Assembly: GCF_001194135.2 (NCBI RefSeq)
Contig: NC_069000.1
Coordinates: 197,062-242,131 of the forward strand
Length of the DNA: 45,070 nt
Origin: Octopus bimaculoides
Taxonomy: Eukaryota
Direction: 5' to 3'
In this document: positions 36,732 to 45,070 of the stretch, piece by piece
Numbering within the stretch: position 1 is the stretch's first letter
Layout: each line of letters begins with the position of its first letter
Program-made: the position numbers and the translations under genes
The notes under the pieces: model-generated
The model's input: only the letters and a program-made list of their open reading frames with translations
What the model was told of the DNA's origin: nothing
The model's database searches: none

Positions 36732-37114
36732 CTTCCTGGGAGGTTCCAAGTCCTCAGACGACAACCGTTTGACATTCAGCCATAAAATAGGAGTGTGTGT
36801 GTGTGTGTGTGTGTGTGAGAAAGAGAGGGAGGGGTACCCTTAATTTGGCATGGTGTACCCTTAATCTGTGCTTGTATACTCTGGTGCATGTGCTTTTACA
36901 CAAACACACACAGCGTCTTATCTACACTCTCTGCAGCTCAAATCCTATATATATACCACACAATATGGTTGTATAAGTAAATATTCACAGTGTTGTCTCA
37001 ATTTCTTAGACTGATGCTCAGAATTGGATCCTAAAGACAAAGTTTTGGGGAAGAGAACAACATTTGCTATATAAAAACCATAACCAAGCACACGGTATAC
37101 CAACGTTTCATGTG

Positions 37115-37159
<45 letters not shown>

Positions 37160-37570
37160 GCTCTGCGCGCACGAACGCATGTGTGCGTTTATGTACGAGA
37201 ATATATAGTTAAGAGGCAGGCGGAGACTTACAATGTAGTAGTTGTTGGTGAGGTCAGGTTGGTTTCATTGACGGACTGATAAACAAAGAAGTCACGAGAT
37301 AATATGTAATGTGTACGCACTGTGTATGGAGACATAGATACATTACACACAAACAAGCATACAGATAAATAGATAGACGTGTGTGTGTGTTTGTGTGTAT
37401 ACACAGTAGGGGAATAAGAAGGTGATGGTTTTATATTTAAACAAAACTGTGTGAGTGAGTGAGTGAGAGAGAGAGAGAGAGTGTGTGTGTGTGTGTGTGT
37501 GTGTTCGTGTGTAGATTCTTTTAAACGCATATTCCAAGCTGGCTGTAATTCACAATGGAAAATAATAATC

Positions 37571-37769
37571 CTTTCGGTTATTGGCACATTTTGGGGGGCG
37601 GTAGGAGGGGAGTTGATTACATTAACCTCACTGCTCGACTGGTGCTTATATCGACCACGAAAGGACGAAAAGCACAATCGACCTCGGCGGAATTTGAACT
37701 CAGAATGTCAGGGCGGATGAAATGCCGCTACGCACCTTCTTTGCCCGGCCTGCTAACGATCCGTCCAGC
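37571..37769 (-). mobile_element. SINE family C copy
   Basis: tatcgaccacgaaaggacgaaaagcacaatcgacctcggcggaatttgaactcagaatg...gctaacgatccgtccagc. Confidence 0.8.
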
Positions 37770-38057
37770 CCACCGCCATGCTTTCCCCAGGCTTGTTATA
37801 AGTTCCATACTATCTCTTAACATTTTGCATTTTAGTAAGAATGATACGAAACATTAATGATCTATTATCAAATACCAACAACGTTTAAAGCCCGTCCTTA
37901 AACTGATTTTCAAACCCTGGGAAAATGTATCAAAATGTAAGGTTTCTATTTTACTTTACAAACACTTTTGACAGGTTTTCAAGCAAAACATCGCACAGAA
38001 TCATAACTTAAACCCTACCAACTCATATTTAGATGATATCGTTATTGTGTGCAGTAA

Positions 38058-38273
38058 GCAGATGAGCTAGAGAATCGTTAGCACATCGGACAAAATGCTC
38101 AGCAGCATTTGTTCCGGCCCTAAACTTTCTGAGTTCAAATATCGCCGAGATCAACTTCACCTTTCAGACTTTCGGGATCGATAAAATGGAGAACCAGTTA
38201 AGTACTGGAGCCCCAATTAACACCACTCTCCCTAAAATTGCTGGCCTTGTACCTAAGTTTGAAGCAATTATTG
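38058..38273 (+). mobile_element. SINE family C copy
   Basis: gctagagaatcgttagcacatcggacaaaatgctcagcagcatt...ttctgagttcaaatatcgccgagatcaacttcacctttcagactttcgggatcgataaaat...ggccttgtacctaagtttgaa. Confidence 0.8.
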
Positions 38274-38799
38274 TCCGCAGTAATTCTGATGAAATTTATG
38301 ATAGGAATCTCAAAACATGTCATGTGCTTCGGTCAAAGAATTCTTTCAGTTAAAAAAAGAAAGGAAAAAAACTACGTTTTGGTCAAAACAAACATCAAAT
38401 TGCTTTGTTTAATCATTTGAAACCACAAAATAACCTGTTCCTGTTCGATCGTTTCTTTTCAGATACTTTACCATTCCTCATCTAAAAAGGAACTTGAAAA
38501 AGTTCCCGAGTTGCTGGTTAATTAAAGTAAATTATATATTTTCGGTTCTCGATGAAAAGCTGTTGCGTTTTCCATTTCTTATTACATTTTCTATTGAGGA
38601 GAAAAAGAAATACGGTTGTGCTGAGGTCTTACATAGAAAGGAGATTTCTGCTCAACCAGATTGCAAATTTCTACAAACGTATTCACGAGGAATTATGTCA
38701 ACTAAGTGGGAGAAAATACTTGTATTATGTAAAGAGAAAGCCGCATTTCTTTACTACGAGTGTTAGATGTTAGAAAGAGCAACTCTCACTTATTGCAAC

Positions 38800-39150
38800 T
38801 CTTGTGAATTCGTGTCTGTAAAAGAATGATATCTACTGAAACAAAGAACTGTGCAAAGTAAAACCACTCCTTCCAACCTGAGAGGCAAAGCGTAAGAGCC
38901 AATCAGACAATATGGAAGTCAGTGTTTGTTAGCTTTGAATTCACGGACTCTTCCCAAAATCTCGTTAGGAAGACGTTCCTTTTTAAGAGCTTCACTCAAT
39001 TCCTTCTGCTCTCAATTGTGCCAATTGAAACTCGTAACAACTCCTTTCTGACGACATTCTCTAGATGGCGTCTCACTAACCTACTTGACCAATTTTTCCT
39101 GACTGCCCGTATGTACACACACACACACACACACGTAAGTATGTGGTGAA
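38800..39150. promoter_or_regulatory. Candidate promoter region
   Basis: NF-Y-type AGCCAATCAG (38897-38906) and YY1-like AGATGGCG (39063-70) in repeat-poor, CpG-retaining sequence just beyond the CpG-depleted domain. Confidence 0.3.
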
Positions 39151-40132
39151 ACATTTTATTAAAAAACAACAGGCCGGTGTGTAAGCACAAAAGGGTCAGA
39201 TACAGTTGTATGAGACAGGGAGCTAAAGTTGCGTACCGTTCTAGAGATCACCTGCCCAACGGATGTGAGTGTCTCTTCATAAATTGGTGGGAGGGCCAGT
39301 GAACTGATTAGAAACCTACACCTCTTGTATCCAGAACATAGATTTGCATTTGTTTCTTTTACCATCGGTGCAATGGGCTACATAACATCAGATCTGCATG
39401 GAAACCTCGAAATGCTTGAATTCTCCAAAACAGAACAGAGTAAATCGATCCACATTCTCCAGATATAATCGATTAAAGGAACAGTGAAAATTTGGAATCA
39501 TTTCAGGGATTCTCTATTTGAGGTTCCTTAGAGAAGATATGCACACAATCATATATACATCTGTAATGCACATGCACGCGCACACACATAAATAGTAATG
39601 AAATATACACACTTGTGTCCTATTGTGACGCAAGCATATACACACGCATATATCAGCTAATTCAGGTAACCACAAACCTCGGGAGCTGTTTTGACTTAAA
39701 CAAAAGGACTTTGCCACTTTGTAACCGACAGGCTTGGATTTATTTTAAGATCCCATAGATACACACGCATGCGCATGGAAATGACTTTTAGTAGAAGCTG
39801 AACCATTGCAATGTAATAAAGTTTTGTGTAAAGTAATGAAATACTCGACACGTTTTCTCATCATTGCGAAGCAGCCGACCCTTCCATGGCCAACCGTTAA
39901 GTTCACGGAATGAAATCCATCAACATTCTCAACCTCAATAGCACTTTCATTTTATTCTTCGTTCAACATCAACAATTTCTCCAAGAAGGAACATTCTCCT
40001 GGGTAACAGAGACAGAAGTTATTCTAACGAATCCTTAGATTGCCTCCAACTGCTGATCTTCTGTCAGCTTGTTCAAAGAGAATGAAACCAATGGCTTCAT
40101 TTGTCACTTTGTTGTTGCATTAAATTGAAAAT

Positions 40133-40337
40133 GCGTAGACAGGCCTGCCTGGCTAAGGAGCTTGTTTTGCAGCCTCGTGGTTTCGGGTTCGGTCCTACAG
40201 CGTGGCACCTTGGACAAGTATCTCCTACTACAGCGCTAGGCCAACCAATGTGAGTGGACTTTGAAGACAGAAGTTGTGCATCCCCGAATGCCACCGCCTA
40301 ACAACCGGTATTGGTTTGTTGACGCCCCCATAACTCA
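40133..40337 (+). mobile_element. SINE family A copy, internally deleted
   Basis: ggctaaggagcttg...cgtggtttcgggttcggtcctacagcgtggcaccttggacaagtatctcctactacagc...tgtgagtggactttg...acaaccggtattggtttgtt. Confidence 0.75.
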
Positions 40338-41019
40338 CGCTTTGTCCTAATTTCTGTTCGTAGTTATATCATTGTTATCTTTTAATAATTCTACACTCAC
40401 TGTTTTTCGGCGGGAGGGAGGGAGGGATCGTAAATTTCTGTTTTTGTTTAATTAATGTTATCACGTAATGAGCGAGTTCTTTCCCTTATGTAAATCGGAT
40501 GTTCAGCGGTAGCATCATTTGTTGAATAAAGTCTTTTAGTATCTGAATCTATGATGGTTTCTATCAACAGGCCAAAAGACAAAAGCAATCAATAGCAATC
40601 TGTTGATCATAGGTCTGTCCAGTGAACAGCTGGCCTGGGGCTAAACACCACCACCATTAAAAACCATAGAACCCAGTCCTACCATCATCATCATTATATG
40701 CCATACCACGGACCGAATGGAGTTATATGGACGCTAGTCCTGACATATGGTGTCTCTTCAACATCCTTAGGTCTGGGAGACCATCTCGGCGCTACTTCGG
40801 TATGCGCGATCTACGTAGCTAACCTGATTGATCGACACTTCGGTATGCGATCTACAGGTTTCATTTATTTATTACGGCTTAAATAAAACATTCTTACATT
40901 TTTATACATTTACTTATTTGTAGGCCTTGTGTCAAAATCTGAATATCATTATTAGACCGCCAAATATACGTGTGTTTGTGTGTGTGTGTGTGTGTAGAGT
41001 TAAGGCTTGACAGGATAAT

Positions 41020-41250
41020 TTTTTAGCTCTACCCAGGGAGAGGAGTTTAGAGCAAAAGGTTAATCGAATAAAATCGACAGTATTACTTGGCTGGTACTTT
41101 TTATTGAACCCGAAGAGATGAAAGGCAAAGTTGACTTCGGAACGATTTGAACTCATGATAATGATTTCTGATTTAGGCCGAAGACCATCCACTTCGTAGG
41201 TATAAAAGGCGAAGATGACCTAGGCGGGATTTGAACTCAGAACGTAAAAT
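41020..41250 (-). mobile_element. SINE family C copy plus a duplicated core fragment
   Basis: ttattgaacccgaagagatgaaaggcaaagttgacttcggaacgatttgaactca, with a second aaaggcgaagatgacctaggcgggatttgaactcagaacg at about 41204. Confidence 0.65.
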
Positions 41251-41888
41251 GGTGGTTTCTAACACAGGCACAAGGTCAAAAATTAAATCTACCTCAGCAC
41301 ATGACTGGTATTTACTGTTAAATGATTTCGGTTGTCATGACGAAACTATTTATTCACATTTCTAATGACGTGATATTGAAATAAAAGGTTCTTCGATGAA
41401 TTAAAGGGACAGTTTTAATACAGTCTTTGTATATATATTCGAGGTGTGTGGGAAGACGATCGTTCGAACAACGTTTTGTCTTTGTAGAAGCGTGGATAGC
41501 ATGTGCTGGAGGTGGGGGGGGGACTTAAAAGGTTGCAAAAACACAGTAAACACGCGTGAACATTATCACACTTGTCATGTGTTTGTGGAGATTAATAATT
41601 TTGGCTGAAATGCTGCTATGAAAAATGCTTATTTCATTCCAAACAAAGATCGATAGAACCTTATGTTATATTATTCAAGCAAGTCACTCCAATATGGTCG
41701 GTTTTCGTTTATTGTACCTAAACAAGATAACAGACTGATAAAATAGCAATGTCTGTGGGTGAACATTAAAACTTCTGTTTTAACATAAATTCGTGACTGT
41801 GGATCTGAATGAGACAAGACATTGCCAAGTGGAATGACGAGAAAGCAACACGACCACATACGTGTATGTGTGTATGCATATATATATA

Positions 41889-41927
<39 letters not shown>

Positions 41928-42014
41928 ATACATCTGTTTGTATGTATTTGGATACACACACAAGACACAAGCATTGGTATGTGGGCGAAAGCAAAGAATA
42001 CGCATAGCCGGTGT

Positions 42015-42041
42015 TTAGGGTTAGGGTTAGGGTTAGGGTTA
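42015..42041 (+). repeat. Interstitial telomeric-type repeat (TTAGGG)4
   Basis: ttagggttagggttagggttagggtta read directly. Confidence 0.9.
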
Positions 42042-42141
42042 CGCCGAAAATGGGTTGTGCGCGTATCCTTTACCCCCGCCGGTATGTGTATATAAACACA
42101 CACACAACACTCATCCACAGACGTATGTAAATCAGTAATGC

Positions 42142-42178
<37 letters not shown>

Positions 42179-42189
42179 CACACACACGC

Positions 42190-42335
42190 ACATGTTTGTA
42201 TATATCATGCATATATACACGCACACACACATATATATATTATGCATATATATACACACACACAAGCTCGTATATATTATGCATATATATACAATACATA
42301 CACAAGCTTGTATATATTATGCACAGACACACAAA
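42190..42335 (+). repeat. Degenerate ~35-40-bp minisatellite, about 4 copies
   Basis: Recurrent cacaagc(t/c)tgtatatattatgcatatatataca units. Confidence 0.7.
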
Positions 42336-44238
42336 CAAGTGTGCAGATACGTGACCAAGAACTGCTTCGAATTAAAAATATAATTCAAACCGATGAAAGA
42401 TCGATCCCAAAGCTGGATGTAGGCGAGGCGGTAACCTTAATCCTGTACATGATAGTTAAATACGAGAGTCTGGAGTAAATATTGGTAAAAATCATCGGAG
42501 ATGTGAGTGGAATTCCTAAAGACCAGATAAGAAAGGAAAGAGGGGGGAGAGTAATGGGTTGGTCGTCGTTTGTGTGGCGTGATGGGGTTTGGAGGAACGA
42601 AATAAGGTGTATGAAAAGGAGGTGTGTCTGTCTGTATATTAGGGAATAGATAAATATGCTGAGGCCAGTACATCTATACACACACACACACGAAACAAAT
42701 TTATAAAAACAAATGGATATAGAAACACAGATTGATGGACAAAAATACACAGAGATATGTTAGTAATGGGTATAGGGCAGTTGTAAAAAAGAATAAGACA
42801 GCCAAACGAGATAAATCGATATAGAGAGAGAGGTAGGATGGCGAGGTAGACATAGGTAAAGGCTAACAGATGGAAAGGTAGTCATAGACAGGCAAATGTA
42901 AGAATTTAATGGAAAAAAAGACAAAACCCGGCAGAGACATGGATACAAAAGAGGCCCACGAGGGTGGATGGATGAAGAGAGAGAGAGAGAGAGGTTTGCA
43001 ATGAATTGACAGGAGAAGAGAGGTGCAAATGGATAAGTAAAAAAGATAAAACGACAGAAGTCGGCAGACATGTAAACATGTATTTATGGGAGAATGTAAA
43101 GAGGAATCTAAAGGAATGTAAAGAGACGAAAAAAAGACACATTTGAGAGTAAAAGGGAGAGAATGAAGAGAAAAGAAAGTATAAAGATAAACCGGGATGA
43201 GAGAGGTAGAGAGAGTTAGTGGTGGTGGCCATTGATAAACGTCCAGAGTATCCTGATGGTTGTAGGAAAGGGCCAGAAAATGTCCCTATCATGTTCATAA
43301 ACATGCAAGCACACATATCGTACTATTTAATATGTTAATATAACCACATTTAGATATATAAAGGGAAGGAGGCTACTATTAAATATTGTAATATAAATCA
43401 TAAACGCATATACACTATATATATACATACACTATATATATATGTATAGGCATTATATATTTTCAAAAGATTTACGTGGGGGTGGGGGTGTATAAAAGGA
43501 AGTCTTTCTAGTATTTCATAAACATAAGCATATTTTATTGATGGTAACAGTGTAATCATGTCACATAGCTGAACTGTTCCACAATTACGAATATATACAT
43601 ACACACACATATATACAGTGTATACATCCTGTGTAAGGTTTAGGATCTGTGGCTATCAGTTTCGGAAGTAAAAACATTTTAGTGTTGAAGAGGAAAGTAC
43701 ATAAGCATGTGTATGTGTGTATATATATGAGTGTGTGTGTATATTATCTAAACACTTGTGTCGTGTGATATCTGTGCATTGCGCCGATTGTATATAGATC
43801 TAGTCATAAATATGTTGTGAATGTGTATATTTCTGCATGCATTTTGTGTGTATATTGCCTCTATACAGCAATATATTTTGTTGTGAGTGTGTGTGTAGTG
43901 AAAAGATTGGAATTAACGGTGATAACCTTTAAGAGGGTGGACACTGACCAGGGCAGGGTTAGGATTGCCCTACAACATACACGTGTGTCCAAAGACAATC
44001 CCTTACACATGGGAGAGAAAAGGATTGTGTTTATGTGCATATCCGTGTGTATAGATTTATCACGATTTATTTTATTATTAATTTAATGACACAGAAATAA
44101 ATAAACATTAAGTAAATTTTACTGGAAAACAAAATTAACAACCTACCTTTGGTGGATGGGAATGAAGAGGTATGGAAAATTCAGGTAAAAATATTCGTGT
44201 TGTTGAGAAAAAAAAGAAACAACACAAATATTCACAAG

Positions 44239-44269
<31 letters not shown>

Positions 44270-45039
44270 TATATATATATATATATATATCCTAGAAGAC
44301 AAATGGTAAAAAAACAAAAGAGAAAAGTGTGAGTATCCCAGCTGGTAGACAACTATTTTCTGTCTATTGGTAATGTATGTTTATGCATGTGTATATATAT
44401 ATATATATATATATATGGGAGGGTGTGTATGTGTGGATAATGCGTAGAAATGTTTGCTAGCAGCGATTTTCAGTAGAAAGCTCCATGCGTCGAGTTTGGT
44501 TGTCTAACAATCATTGTATTGACGGCAACTGTAGTGGTGGGAGGGATCGCAGTAGTTAGAGACATAGTATGGTCATGCAGTAGTGGTGGTGGAGCGTGTG
44601 GTTTGAAATAGCGGTATTATGAGTACAGGTTGTTGCTAACAGTGGTGATGGTAGAGGTCTTGGTGGTAGTATTTAATCGTAGTACTTTGATATAAGTTGT
44701 ATTAGTAGTAGTAGTAGTAGTAGTAGTAGTATGGTGGTAATAGTTGTGGTGGTAGTGTGAGATGAGGAATTGTGTTGGTAGTAGGAGGGATCGAAGTCAT
44801 CGTACTCTTCTCGCAAAGGTGGTGGTAGTTAGTGGTAACAGTGGGAGATAAAGAACTATAGTACCGGTGATAGTACTGTGGGGATGGCGATGGTAGTTGT
44901 GGTGGGGGTTTGAATTAATGGGAGGTAAGAACATCAGTTGTGGTAGCAGGCAATTCGTTTTGCTACTCACCGACAGCTTGCTACACAATTATCTACTCCT
45001 CCTCTTACTCTCAATCTACAGCTTTTTTTCCTCTCTCAC

Positions 45040-45070
<31 letters not shown>

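Noticed and set aside
40684-40860. Minus-strand RTE-like 3' end with (ATG)n tail and a ~20-bp direct repeat (acttcggtatgcg..atctac x2)
   Set aside because: Similarity to RTE C-termini is too weak to support by eye.
42146-42478. ORF tail QIRDQELLRIKNIIQTDERSIPKLDVGEAV as an exon
   Set aside because: No recognisable homology and no convincing splice-site pair.
43938-43990. Nested hairpin GGACAC/GTGTCC enclosing GGGCA/TGCCC
   Set aside because: Short stems expected by chance; no ribozyme core or Pol III boxes.

Overview
AT-rich, microsatellite-dense animal genomic DNA with five assembly gaps. The SINE families and RTE LINE relics match what I recall of octopus (O. bimaculoides-like); I could not check this against a database. 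Nearly all listed ORFs are low-complexity, gap-spanning or repeat-derived artefacts. Only one host coding exon is supportable: a minus-strand exon (16920-17219, CDS 17133-16920) encoding an N-terminus resembling the ClC-3/4/5 Cl-/H+ exchangers. Most of the window is therefore probably intron of that gene, with a likely 5' end near 37-39 kb where CpG depletion stops. The rest is tRNA-derived SINEs, RTE/RTEX LINE relics, a MULE transposase relic and a mariner-type TIR. The most striking object is one insertion at 18602-19767 with a 12-bp target-site duplication. It consists of two head-to-head ~260-bp arms, each joining a tRNA-like Pol III promoter to a Penelope-like terminal segment carrying a minimal, dimer-type hammerhead ribozyme. 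A second, unrelated hammerhead core lies about 550 bp away, and several long fold-back structures occur in the presumed intron. No rRNA, true tRNA gene or CRISPR array was seen.
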